NCBI GenBank assembly: GCA_951406725.2
Contig: OX597820.1
Coordinates: 16,616,001 to 16,680,000 of the forward strand
DNA: 64,000 bases
Reading direction: 5' to 3'
Source of the DNA: Octopus vulgaris
Taxonomy: Eukaryota
Shown: positions 9,533-21,977 of the stretch, piece after piece
Position numbering within the stretch: position 1 is the first letter of the stretch
How the letters are laid out: every line of letters begins with the position of its first letter
Notes under the pieces: generated by a model
What the model was told of the DNA's origin: nothing
Database searches by the model: none
What the model saw: only the letters and a program-made list of their open reading frames with translations
Position numbers and translations under genes: made by a program

Positions 9533-12500
9533 AACAACAAAGAAGATGAGGACAAATATCCGTCAAATGTAAATAATGTAAATGCAGAGTATTCTGTGAT
9601 GCATAAATAACTGAATCACTCCAATTTTCAATACTCTAAGTTGCTTGTTTCCAATCATATATCTATATCTATAAACTATTCAGTTGTAAATTGATAACCA
9701 TGTGATAGACTGGCTTTCCATTCAGCTGGAATATTGGTCTGCCTGCCTAGCCAGCTGGGTGGAATCATTTGAAAGCTCCAATAATACTAGGAAGTGCATT
9801 GTGACCAATGGTGTATAACAGCATCTGACAGTCTGGTTGATACAACGATATATACATATGTGTAATAGGCACAGGCATAGCTCTGTGGTAAGAAGCTTGC
9901 TTCCCAATGACACGGTTCCAGGTTCAGTCCCATTGCGTGGCACCTTGGGCAAGTGTCCTCTTCTATAGCCTCAGGCTGACCAAAGCCTTATGAGTGGATT
10001 TGGTAGATGAAAACTGAAAGATCTGAATATATATATGTGTGTATGTGTGTGTATATTTTGTGTCTGTATTTGGTCCCCCCCGTCGCTTGACAATTGGTGT
10101 TGTTGTGTTTATGTTCGCCTAACTTAGCAATTTGGCAAAAGCGATCGATAGAATACATCTTGGGGTTGATTTGTTCGACTAAAAAAACCCCTTTCAAGTG
10201 GCACTCCAGCATGGCTGCTGTGAAATGACTGCAGGGTAGGTCAGGTTTGTCATACAGAGACCTTCAGCTGTGTGAATTAAAATGGTTTATTTACATACTT
10301 ATTTGGCTCACTGATTACAATGGTATTATTCTACTCAGCTGTGTTCAAATTCTGCCACGATTGAAAGGTTAATTTTTGCCTTTCACTATCTTTTGAATGT
10401 GTGGTGGGGTCAAAACAAGTACCTATTCCTTTACTACCCACAAGGGGTTAAACACAGAGGAGACAAACAAGGACAGGCAGACGGATTAAGTCGATTATAT
10501 CGACCCCAGCGCGTAACTGGTACTTATTTAATTGACCCCGAAAGGATGAAAGGCAATGTCAACCTCGGCAGAATTTGAACTCTGAACGTAGCGGAAATAC
10601 CGCTAAGCATTTCGTCCGGCATGCTAACGTTTTTGCCAGCTCGGGGGTTGATGTAATCGATTTACCCTCCCCTTGAAAAAATTGCTGGCCTTGTTCTGAA
10701 ATTTGAAATCTTTATTCTGCTCAACTGTTATTAAGCCAAGGCAGCTCAGGTGGGGGTTGCAGCCATGTGAATTAGTTACTGTGTGCACATATATGTAGGT
10801 GAATGTCATGTGTGGATAACCCTTGTTCTCATAAAGTGGGTGTGCATGTAACTTTAGTACATGAGTGTGTGTGCTAAGAAGGTTTTCATTTTTGAGCTCA
10901 GAGCTGCGGAAAGTAATAAGGAGGATACAGGAGACAGTCAACAAAGCCAGCTTCTATATATGGCTGAAGCAAGATCAAAAATGGCTTGAAAGCCATAACA
11001 TGCTGGCTGGGAAGTACCATCGCTAGGTGAGACTGGCTGACACTTAAGCAGCATCACTGATTGACAGGTAGGGGTCTCATTCATGGTGCCCCCTTCTCCT
11101 GGTTTGAAGGCTTGTACCACCAAACAGCTGGTCGGCTCTAACTGCTGGAACTGAAACTAATACAACACTGTTGGAAGGCAGGTTTAGAGAGGGTGTGGCT
11201 ATAACTACATGCCCTTCCCCTCCATTGGTCAGCTGAAGTTTAAACTGTGTCATGTGACAACTATGTGGTGCTGGCTGCTGGAGCCTACCAGTGAGTATTT
11301 AAAGGGAAATTTGTCAGGATGGTCAGTCACCAGCTGACCCTCGTTGACGCTGCATTGAAGAGGCCAAGGAACAGAAGATAAAAGGAGAAAGAAGAAATGC
11401 ACTCAATACCAGGGCTGATGACACTTCTGAAAGGTGGGGCCCCGCCATGTCAAAAATGGTAGAGGAGTAGGGGCTGAAACCGGACGTGGTTTCTTCTGAT
11501 GATGTCATTAGCCACTGGACCCTATAAAGGAACTGTTGAGGTAGCAAACCATGAAATGTGGTTGAAATTCCTATGTGTGAGTGTGTGTCTGTGTGTGTAT
11601 ATGCCATATGTGCATATTATTGGGCAAGTGTCTTCTTCTATAGCCTCAGGCTGACCAAAGCCTTATGAGTGGATTTGGTAGATGGAAACTAAAAGATCTC
11701 AATATATATACGTGTGTGTGTGTGTGTGTGTGTGTATTTTGTGTCTGTATTTGCCACCGCTTGATAATTGGTGCTGGTGTGTTTACGCTTGCGTAACTTA
11801 GCAATTTGGCAAAATCGATTGATAGAATCATCGTTTAATATGGTCAACCCAGGAACCTCAAATAGAGAATTCCTGGAATGTCTTTAAACTTTTCACTTTA
11901 CCACTAATCAGTTATATTTGAAGAATGTGAATCAGTTTGCTTTGTTCTTTCTTGGAAAAAACCCAGCATTTCTAGACTTTTATGCAAATCAGCACCATTC
12001 AAGTGTGGTCATTGCCAGTGCAGCCTGACTGGCACCTGTGCCGGTGGCACGTAAAAAGCACCTTTCGAGTGTGGTCATTGCTAGTGTTGGTGTGGTCATT
12101 GTTCTGTGGTGGTGGCATGTAAGATGCACCATTCAAGCATGGTCAATGCCAGTACCGCCTGGCTGGTACCTGTGCTGGTGACACATAAAAAGCACCATTT
12201 CAGCGTGGTCAATGCCAGTGCCACCTGACTGATCCTGTGCTGGTGGCATGTAAAAAGTGTGTGTATATGTATAATGATGTCTGTGTGTATGTATGTGTAT
12301 ACACCTGTCTGGATGCATGTGTGTATGTTTCTGTACATATGTATGATTGTGTGTGTGTGTAAATTAATATACGGATGACTGAATATCCATTGCTTTTTTT
12401 CAAATAATAAACTTTTGGTGCAGTATTTCATATGACTATACACTGAAAATATAGAGGGTCTGCAGTTTATACATACACATATCCATATGTATATATATGT

Positions 12501-12660
12501 GTGTGTATGTATAAAAATATATTCAAGTGTCCTTTCAGTGGATTTAAATGAAAAATATTTGGGAATGCTTTATAGATGTTCATTGTTCATGTAAAGTGTT
12601 TCTTATAGTAGGTTTAGTTTTGAGTTATTATTTTCCTGCGTTAACGTTATCCCAAAGGTA

Positions 12661-13068
12661 CTAAAATCGAAATCGATCAACATCAATGGAAATTGTAGCT
12701 GTGATACCAGATACATGTAAGCGAACCATCCGAACGTGGCTGTTGCCAGCCTCGCCTGGACCTGTGCCGGTGGCACGTAGAAAGCACTATCCGATCGTGG
12801 CCGTTGCCAGCCTCGCCTGGACCCCGTGCCGGTGGCACGTAAAAAGCACCATCCGTCTGTGGCCATTTGCCTGCCCTGTCTGGCAACTGTGCGGGTGGCA
12901 CGTAAAAAGCACCCACTACACTCACGGAGTGGTTGGCATTAGGAAGGGCATCCAGCTGTAGAAACACTGCCAGATCAGACTGGGCCTGGTGCAGCCTTCT
13001 GGCTTCCCAGACCCCAGTTGAACTGTCCAACCCATGCTAGCATGGAAAGCGGACGCTAAATGATGATG
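12661..13068 (+). mobile_element. RTE LINE 3'UTR fragment
   Basis: Same 3'UTR as 16934-17400, ending CATGCTAGCATGGAAAGCGGACGCTAAATGATGATG. Confidence 0.8.
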
Positions 13069-13077
13069 TGTTACATT

Positions 13078-13490
13078 CATCATCATCATCATCGTTTAAT
13101 GTCTGCTTTCCATGCTAGCATGGGTTGGACAGTTTGACCGGGATCTGGGAAGCCAGGAGGCTGCACCAGGCTCCACTCTGATCTGGCAGTGTTTCTACAG
13201 CTGGATGCTCTTCCTAATGCCAACCGCTCCATGAGTGTAGTGGGTGCTTTTTACGTGGAACCGACACAAGGGCCAGAGGAGGCTGGCAAATGGCCACGAT
13301 CAGTTGTTGCTTTTACGTGTCACCGACATGGATGCCAGTCAGGTGGCACTGGCATCTGCCACATTCGGACGGTGCTTTTAACGTGTCACCGGCACAGGTA
13401 TCTTAGCTACAATTTCCATTTGATTTTCATTTTGATGTTGGTGTTAACGTACTTGACTCAATAGGTCTCCTCAAGAACAGTGGGTCACTC
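13078..13490 (-). mobile_element. RTE LINE 3'UTR fragment, tail-to-tail with the previous copy
   Basis: (CAT)n CGTTTAATGTCTGCTTTCCATGCTAGCATGGG start; reverse complement of the neighbouring copy. Confidence 0.8.
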
Positions 13491-16272
13491 TACAATAACA
13501 GCGGGTCACTCTATGGAGAAAAAAAAAATGAAAAATAGTTGGAGAAGATGTGGTTGAACTGGTAGACTAGTGGCAAGTCTTTGGTGATGTTTTGTTTGTT
13601 TGAGGTCCGTTACATCAGGCAAGGCAGAGGCTGTTCCTTTTTAGAATATTCAGACATTTTTATATAAGTTATTTTGTCACGTGTTACTTCTACATCATTG
13701 CCCCCACCCCACCTTCCCCAACTATTGCTAATGACTCAATTGAGAATCGAGGGTGGTGCCTGATGTCAGCCAGGCAGCCTGAAGCAAAGCAGTCATGTAC
13801 TCTTTTGTGCCGGGATGCAAACACAGACGAATCGTGTAGACAGGTTTGAATTCTTTACCATGTGGCCAAACGTGCTATCTCTATTTACCTTCAGTTCCCA
13901 CCGTATTCTGTGCCCTCTTTGAGCTGATCTCCCCACCACCCTGCCCATTTGCCAGCATTATTATAGGGTATGAAATGTTTTTGTCCGGCTGTTTTAGTGC
14001 CATTGTTGATGATTTGATGCTGACTTACTTGACATCAGATATCTTAATGGTTCTCTTATTTTTATGTTTCTCTCCTTCCCTCTGCTCTCCCTCTCTGTGT
14101 TTAACTCCTTAACATTCAGCTCACTCTATCAATTATAATGCTTATACATTCATATTGTCTTGAACTGATCATGTATTATCTTGTAGCTCAAAAGTTTTCA
14201 GTAATGTAATTGTTCAATTTTAGACTGCCATTGTAGGATAAGTGTGAAAGGCCAGATTTGGCCAGTTTGAACATGAAAAAAAAAGGTAAAATAGTTTGGC
14301 TGGATATGGCCGGTTAAACCCTTTCACCTTCAGAGTACCCGGTCAAATGTAATGCTTATTTATTCACACTGTTTTGAAATAATCATGCATTATATCATAG
14401 CTCTGAGATTTCAATGATTTGATTGTATATCTTTAGAATGACATTGTAGAACAGGTATAAGAGGTTAGATCAGGCTGGTTTGAATATAGAACCAGTAAAA
14501 TGTGTTTAGGCTGGATTGGTTGGTTTAGGGTTTCTCTTTATGTGTGTCAATATGTCCAGTGATTTGCTGTTTACTGCAGGGGAAAGGTGTTTTGATTGTC
14601 TGTAAATTCCCTCAGTCTGCTTTTCACTTCACCATCGTCCAGTGTTTTAAATCTGGGTTTTGTCCCCGTTAATGGGGTTGGCCGGATCTACCTCAGTGCC
14701 ATAGCAATTGTGGTATGCAGGTGCAGCCTATCCCAACCTTTGGGCTGGCTGGTGTCCATTCTCCTTTGCTATCATGAGGCTTTTTTGGAGTTGGATTTTC
14801 TACAGGGAGCATGTCCTTGCTTACCCCTAACCTCAGTTTCTAGACATGAGTGGTCCCTAGACCAAAGCCTCTACCATGCTTTTTAAGAAATGCAGTGGAA
14901 AACTAGCTCAGGAAGGCAGGGACGCTACTCCCTGAGACTCCTTTCAGAGCCACTTGTGCAATAATAGTATGTCTGCTGTTCGATGGTGGGAAATAGGGGT
15001 TGGCAGAAAAGAGGTTTCTAATGGCAAGGTATAGAAGGATTTTTGGGTTACCTTTTGCTAGACGGGCAATCAGTTTATCAGGAGAGGGGAAAATGGTGGT
15101 GTCAATTGTGTTTAATAATTTGTGTCTTTCTTTCCCTCTCCCTCCCCCTCTCTATCTCTCTCTCCCTCCCTCCTTGTCCCTCCCCTCTCTCTGTTTATGT
15201 ATGTAAGCATATTTCTCTTTATATGTGTGAAGAGAAGTAAAGCCATTTATGTTATTCATGCTCAATATATTATAATCTTTCTCTCTCTCGTTCACTCTTT
15301 CTATCTCTATGTGTATATTTCTGCACATGTGTATGTGTGTGTGTGTTTGTGTGTTTGCTTCTAGTGCTAAAAAGCACTTTTGCCAAAACAGTCTGAAAGT
15401 CCAGTCGATCGGGGCCAATTTTCAGAATCCAAACTGCTGCATCGAACCATCTCATTCCAGTCATTACCATCATCCAAATAAGCACCATTATTGTTATCAC
15501 TAATAATAATAATAATAATAATTATAATAATAATAATAATCTTATCATTACCATGACTGGTTCCATTCATTCATCATTAAAAATCTTGTTTTTGCATGTG
15601 AATTTTTTTTTACTTTCTTTTCTTTTACAAAAAAGCTACTAACCATTTTTTTGTCGCTTTGTCTGTCTTTGTAACCATTAACCCTTTAGCATTGATATTA
15701 TTCTGTCGAATTTAATCTGTATTTATTCACATTGTTTTGAATTAATCATGCATTTTCTTGTGTCATCAATATTTCAATGATGTAATTGTTTATTTTTTTA
15801 GAATGACATTGTAGGGTAGGTGTGAGAGACCAGATCAAATTTCATCCTTATTTATCCACCTTGTTTTGAATTAATTGTGCATTACCTTGTATCTTTGAGA
15901 TTTCAGTCAGTGATGTAATTGTTTATTTTTAGAATGACATTGTAAGTTAGGTGTGAGAGGCATGATCCGGTCCAGTTTGAACATAAAACCCAACAGAATA
16001 TTTAGGCCAGTCATGGTCAGTTTAAATGCTAGAGGGTTAAACCTTTTGATGAATATGCAAATATCATGTTAGAAAGATCTAATGTTTCTTATTTAATATT
16101 AATTTTATTAAATTATTTTAAGTACGTTTCATTTCTAAAATGTTTGTTTCTTGGGTGCAGGACAATTCAACACCACCAACTCAACACCAGAACAGCTCCA
16201 TACCAAGACAACTTAATTAATAAATAATTTATTCGTTTTATAACTTCATTTGTTGTATAACATTATCAGACA

Positions 16273-16678
16273 GGCGTAGGAGTGGCTGTGTGGTAAGTAG
16301 CTTGCTAACCAACCACATGGTTCTGGGTTCAGTCCCACTACGTGGCACCTTGGGCAAGTGTCTTCTACTATGGCGTCGGGCCGACCAAAGCCTTGTGAGT
16401 GCATTTGGTAGATGGAAACTGAAAGAAGCCCGTCGTATATATGTATATATATGTGTGTGTGTATGTGTGTCTGTGTTTGCCCCCCCCCCCAACATCGCTT
16501 GACAACAGATGCTGGTGTGTTTACGTCCCCGTAACTTAGCAGTTCGGCAAAAAAGAGACCGATAGAATAAGTACTAGGCTTACAAAGAATAAGTCCTGGG
16601 GTCGATTTGCTCGACAAAAGGCAGTGCTCCAGCATGGCCACAGTCAAATGACTGAAACAAGTAAAAGAGTAACAGAGT
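16273..16678 (+). mobile_element. tRNA-derived SINE family A, full length (internal (TA)n(TG)n; CR1-like tail)
   Basis: Head GGCGTAGGAGTGGCTGTGTGGTAAG..GGTTCAGTCCC, CCTTGGGCAAG core, tail CAGCATGGCC..GTAAAAGAGT; flanking duplication T(A)TAACATTATCA. Confidence 0.9.
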
Positions 16679-16821
16679 ATTTGTTTTATAACATTATCAT
16701 TTATAAAATATTAATTTAATACGACATAAATTTTAAAATTCAAATAAAAGTAATTGAGAAACTATACATTCTTAATACAAGGCTAAAATTTGAATTAGCA
16801 ATTTACTGAAAGTTAAGTTCT

Positions 16822-16902
16822 ATATGCCCATGGGCATATGGTGTAGTGGTCAAGAGTATGGGCTACTAGCTCCAAGATTCCGAGTTCGATTCCAGGTAGT
16901 GA

Positions 16903-16932
<30 letters not shown>
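16822..16932 (+). mobile_element. Truncated second copy of the palindromic tRNA-headed element (centre plus one head)
   Basis: Perfect palindrome ATATGCCCATGGGCATAT, then GGTGTAGTGG..GGCTACTA..CCAAGATTCCGAGTTCGATTCC..GTGACCTGAAT(AAT)n, matching the 9.3-kb arms. Confidence 0.75.
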
Positions 16933-16933
<1 letters not shown>

Positions 16934-18027
16934 CATCATCATCATCATCATCGTTTAATGTCCGTTCTCCATGCTAGCCTGGGTTGGACGGTTCGACCGG
17001 GCATCTGGGAAGCCAGAAGGACGCATCATGCTCCGGTCTTATCTGGCAATGTTTCTACAGCTGGATGCCCTTCCTAACGCCAACCACTCCGTGAGTGTAG
17101 TGGGTGCTTTTTACATGCCAACTGCACTGGTGCCAGGTGAGGCTGGCATCGGCCACGGTCGGATTGGTGCATTTTATGTGCCACCGGCACGGAAGCCAGT
17201 CGAGGCGGCACTGGCTTCAGCTACGATTCGGATGGTGCTTTTTACGTGCCACTGACACGGAAGCCAGTCGAGGCGGCGCTGGCATCGGCCACGATTCGGA
17301 TAGTGCTTTTTACGTATCTCCAGTCCAGGGGTCCTAGCATCTGCTGGGTGCCAGTCATAGGATTGGTTCAATCTCGATTTCGATTCCGATTTCACTTGCC
17401 CCAACAGGTCTTCACAAGCATAGGTGCCTGTCGTCGGATGAGGTTCGATATCGATTTTGCTTGCCTCAACAGGTCTTTGTGTGTCCAAGGGAGGAAAGGC
17501 ATGCATAAGTGGGCTGGACTCACTTGTCCTGCCTGGTCTTCTCATGCACAGCATATTTCCAAAGGTCTCGGTCGCTGGTCATTTCCTTGGTGAGACCTAA
17601 AGTTCGAAGGTCGTGCTTCACCACCTCGTCCCAGGTTTTCCTGGGTCTACCTCTTCCACGGGTTCCCTCCACTGCTAGGGATTGGCACTTTTTCACACAC
17701 CTATCTTCATCCATTCTCGCCACATGACCATACCAGCGCAATCGTCTCTCTTGCACACCACAACTGATGCTCCTTAGGTCCAACATTTCTCTCAGGGTAC
17801 TAATGCTCTGTCGAGTATGCACACTGACATTACACATCCATCGGAGCATACTGGCTTCATTTCTTGCGAGCTTACGCATATCCTCAGCAGTCACGGCCCA
17901 TGTTTCACTGCCATGTAGCATGGCTGTTCGTACACATGCATCATACAGTCTGCCTTTTACTCTGAGCGAGAGGCCTTTAGTCACCAGCAGAGGTAAGAGC
18001 TCCCTAAACTTTGCCCAGGCTATTCTG
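16934..18027 (-). mobile_element. 5'-truncated RTE-clade LINE: ORF2 C-terminus (17520-17984), 3'UTR with ~55-bp tandem units and (TGA)n tail
   Basis: ORF with KGRLYDACVRTAMLHGSETW, RRLRWYGHVARM and GRGRPRKTW motifs typical of RTE C-terminal regions. Confidence 0.9.
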
Positions 18028-20452
18028 ATAATGTTATAAAATGAGTAAAGATATAAAACAAATAAATTATTTATTAATCAATTTTCCTGGTGTTGAGTCA
18101 GGAGTGTTGAATTGGCGTTGGTGAGTTGTCCCTATTTTTTGTTTCTTTGTTGTTATGCTAATTCATTTTTGTCAGATTATTATTATTATTATTATTAAGG
18201 CATTGAGTTGACAGAATCGTTAGCATGCTGGGTGGAATGCTCACTGTATTTCATCAAATCGAAATCACTGACGTGGGCAATGAATACTGCCCGATTGGCA
18301 CTCATACCAGTGGAACGTTAAAAGCACATCTCAGTGTGATTATTGCAAGGGCCATGGACTGGCTCCCGTGCTGGTGGCATGTAAAAAGCACCATTTAAGC
18401 ATGATCATTGCCAGTGTCGCCTTACCTGCACGTGCTGGTGGCATGTGAAAAACAACATTCGAGCGTTGTTGTTGCCAGTGCTGCCAGACTGGCTCCTGTG
18501 CAGGTAGCATGTAAAACACACCTTTTGAGTGTGGTCGTTGCCAGAACTGCCTGATAGGCCCTCGTGCCAGTGGCACGTAAAAGCACCCACTACACTCTCA
18601 GAGTGGTTGGCATTAGGAAGGGTATCCAGCTGTAGAAACTTTGCCAGATCAGATTGGAACCTGGTGCATCAGGTCGAGTGGACCATTCCACTCAAAAGGC
18701 CACTAATTATTATTGTTATTATTATTATTATTATTAGGCAATTCCTAAGAAGGTGACTTTACCTTTCATCCTTTTGGGGTCAATAAGTACCACTTGAGTA
18801 CTGGGGTCAGTGTAATTGACTAACCTCCTCCCGCAAGTTTTCGAGCTTTTTGTCTATAATAGAAAGAATTAGAGGTGGCAAGCAATGTTTCATTGCATTT
18901 CTTCTGGCTTTGCGTTCTGAGTTCAAATTCCACTGGGATTATCTTCCCTTTCATTCTTTTGGGATCAACAAAATAAGTACCAGTTGATCACTAGGGTTGA
19001 TGCAGTTGGTTAGGCTTTCCCCTAAAAATTGCCTTTCATCCTTTTGGTGTCAATGGAGTTAGGGTTAAGCGCTGTTAAGCTCTACAAAATTTCAGGTCGC
19101 CCTAAAGTAGATAGGATTATTATTATTATTATTATTATTATCCATAGGTAGCAAGCTGGCAGAATTGTTAGCATGCTGGGCGAAATGCTTAGCGGTATTT
19201 CATCCGTCTTTACGTTCTGAGATCAAATTCCACCGAGGTCAACTTTGCTTGTCATCTTTTCAGAGTTCATAAATCAAGTACCAGTCAAGTATTGGGGTTG
19301 ATGTGATTGACTGTCCCCCCTCTCCATAAAAAACCAGGTCGCCCTAAAGTAGAAAGGATTATTATTATTATTATTATTATTTATCTTTGTCATCACCATC
19401 ATCATCATCGTCATCATCTGAATATTTTCCTGCCTTGATCCTAATGTCATCAATATATATCCAAGCTTTATAATTCGCCTTATTGTCTTGTTTGCTCTGT
19501 ACTTCACTGAAATGGCTATATGTAACAAACATATTTTGCTCCTTTCTTTTTATCATTATTATTGTTATTATTGTTTTGCTCTGTATGAAATTGCATGTTA
19601 TATATATATACACACACATATAGGTACAATGTTGACTTTCTGGACACTGATGGTTCGGAACCTCTTGTAATCCATACTAATTTACAAGCAGGAACTTCAA
19701 ATTCCTGCAGCCACCAGACTAGTTTAGTGCGGTGCTTTGCAACCTTTTTTCACCTGCGATACACTTATATTCCTTTCAGAATCCGGCAGCACACCTGAAC
19801 TAAAAATATAATTAAAAGTATAGGGAAAAAAAATTATGTTCAGGTTACACTGCGGCACACCTAGCATCGTCTAGTGGCACACCAGTGTGCCATGGCATAC
19901 CGGCTGCAGAGCTTTGGTTTAATGGTACCTTGCACATTATAGTATTAATAAACTTGTTTAGCATGCTGGGCGAAATGCTTATCGGCATTTCGTCTGTCTT
20001 TACGTTCTGAGCTCAAATTCTGCTGAGGTTGACTTTGCCTTTCAGGGTTGATAAATTAAGTATCAGTTGTGTACTGAGGTCGATCTAATCGACTTGCCCC
20101 TCTCCCCCAAAATTTTGGGCCTAGAGTAGAAAAGAGTATTAATTTACTTGTATCATTTATACTGATATACAGATACCTATATTTCAAATAATTATTTAAT
20201 TAAATTTAATATTTATTTAATTTAGCACGTGTTGACCAAAGTGACCTTTATTGGTTTGGAAAAAATAATCAGTAAACCAGAAAGGCTTTGGAAGCAAAGG
20301 TCCTAGAAAGACAATGTTGTACCTGTATATATATATATATATATATAAATAAACAATCTTTGCTGCTGCAAAGCTATTGTATCCTACATTTATTTATCAG
20401 TATCTTTTGTTCTCTTTTCCTTCCCTTTCATTCATTTTGGAATGGTTACCAG

Positions 20453-20527
20453 ATGCCGGGAGGGATGAGCCTCGTTGCTGGACAAGTTCAACCGCAGATG
20501 GCTATGGATCAAGGCCAGACTAACATG
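20453..20527 (+). CDS. Internal coding exon B (MPGGMSLVAGQVQPQMAMDQGQTNM), 75 nt, phase 0-0
   Basis: Long pyrimidine tract 20401-20438, accag acceptor, ATG|gtaggt donor; GC-richer island; composition matches exon A. Confidence 0.78.
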
Positions 20528-21306
20528 GTAGGTCCAGTTTCTAAAGTAATCTCATGTTATTTTAACTTTTATTTTAGTTTGTTTGTATTTTACTTTTTCA
20601 TTTTACATAATCATAAAAAGACAAAATAAAAAAAAAAACGAAAAACAAAACGAAAACAAAAGAGCAGTTTCTCTTCTTTGTTAGATAACAAGGTAGAGTG
20701 AATATGTCTGGAAATTCTGAAATTTATATGGATATTCATGAAGTAGTTTATTCCAAGTATTCTTACTTCATCATCATTTAACATCCTTTTTCCAGTCTTG
20801 CATGGATAGGACAGAATTTTTTGAGGTATATTTTCTATGGTCAAATGGTATTTAATCACGGGCTCTAGTGCTTGTACCAGACCCACCACGGTGACCATTT
20901 AGCATTCACATTATTCCGTCAAATGTAATGCTTATTTATTCACATTGTTTTGAATTAATCATGCATTATCTCAGCTTCTAGGTGCAGTCCCATGGTCATT
21001 CATGACCAAAGGGGTCCCTAAAATATCATAGCTTCAGGATGTCGATAATGTGATTATTTAATTTAATGAATGACATTGTAGCATAGAAGTGAGAGGATGG
21101 ATGCGGTCAGTTTGAGCATAAAACAATAAGAATATTTGGGCTGAATATGGCCAGTTTAAATGCTAAACAGTCAAAGTATGTAATTACATAAATTCTTTAA
21201 TAATGGGAGGGTGTGTGATTAGTGTATGAGATTTTTCTGTAATCAACTGGCCCCTTTCCCTAAAACTGCTGACCTCATGCTAAAATTTGAAACAGTTAAT
21301 CTTGTA

Positions 21307-21536
21307 TTAACCCTTTCGTTACCATTTATCTGTTGAGACGCTCTGTATTTCTTTCAATTACTTTAAATATAACAAAGAATTTAGTAAAATAACTTAGTTA
21401 TCATTAAGCTAGTGTTAGGAATACAAATTGTGACTAAGATTTGGTGGAAGATTTTAAATTCAAAACTTATGAAAACAAAACATTTGTACTACAGAACCAG
21501 AGGCGGTTTCAGCTGGGTTGGTAACGAAAGGGTTAA
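21307..21536. mobile_element. piggyBac-type MITE family 1 (~225 bp; other copies 1-69 partial, 41331-41810 x2, 50679-51160 x2, 57117-57343)
   Basis: TTAA-CCCTTTCGTTACC..GGTAACGAAAGGG-TTAA TIRs and TSD. Confidence 0.85.
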
Positions 21537-21977
21537 TTATCTTACACTAGGTTAGAAGAATTTAATAATATCCAGATTTGGAGAACCTTGGTTTGTTCAG
21601 ACAATTCTAGACAATTCCATTCATTCATTTTTTTTCTTGTTCAGTGTTGTATTGTTTTCTATTAAAACAGTTTTTATTCTACATCTACCTACATACCTCA
21701 TTTTCCAATCTCTCTCTATATATATCCTTTAAATATTTTCTTTTTCTTGCCTGCTTTTCCTTTACCTCACCATTCCTCTACCTGTGTGGCTAATTACACC
21801 TGATGCCTTCTTTACCAAATATTCTCTCCTCATGTCACATATTGCAAAGACTTGCCTATTGGTACCACATTTACAGTTTCTCTTTCTGCTTTCCTTGCAT
21901 GTTTTTCTCACTAAGATCACAATCTCTTTCTCTGAAGAGTTTGCATAAAACTAATGCTATAAAAATGTTCTTAATTA

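Larger units (their letters stand above)
9104..9581. mobile_element. Palindromic element: two head-to-head units of tRNA-like head, (AAT)n spacer and minimal hammerhead tail
   Basis: Left and right ~235-bp arms are reverse complements about ~9346; A-box TGGCGTAGTGG at 9356-9366; B-box GTTCAATTCC on the minus arm; CTGATGA..GAAA motif near each outer end. Confidence 0.85.
16160..18132. mobile_element. Old long-TIR DNA element hosting nested SINE/LINE insertions
   Basis: GGACAATTCAACACC..TTAATAAATAATTTATT..ATAACATTATCAG (16160-16269) is an imperfect reverse complement of 18025-18132. Confidence 0.65.

Noticed and set aside
11990-12256. Repeat-spacer-like array (AAAAGCACC..GTGGTCA) resembling CRISPR
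   Set aside because: Eukaryotic context, spacers are mutually similar and there are no cas genes; it is the RTE minisatellite
16161-16220. tgcag acceptor followed by a short Q/T/P-rich frame
   Set aside because: Coincides with the left TIR of the 16160-18132 element and has no donor
16971-17255. Recurrent 'MFLQLDALPNANH', 'RHLPKVPRSGTEP' and 'DFAFHPFGVD' ORFs that look like gene families
   Set aside because: Frames of the RTE 3'UTR and SINE consensus sequences, not genes
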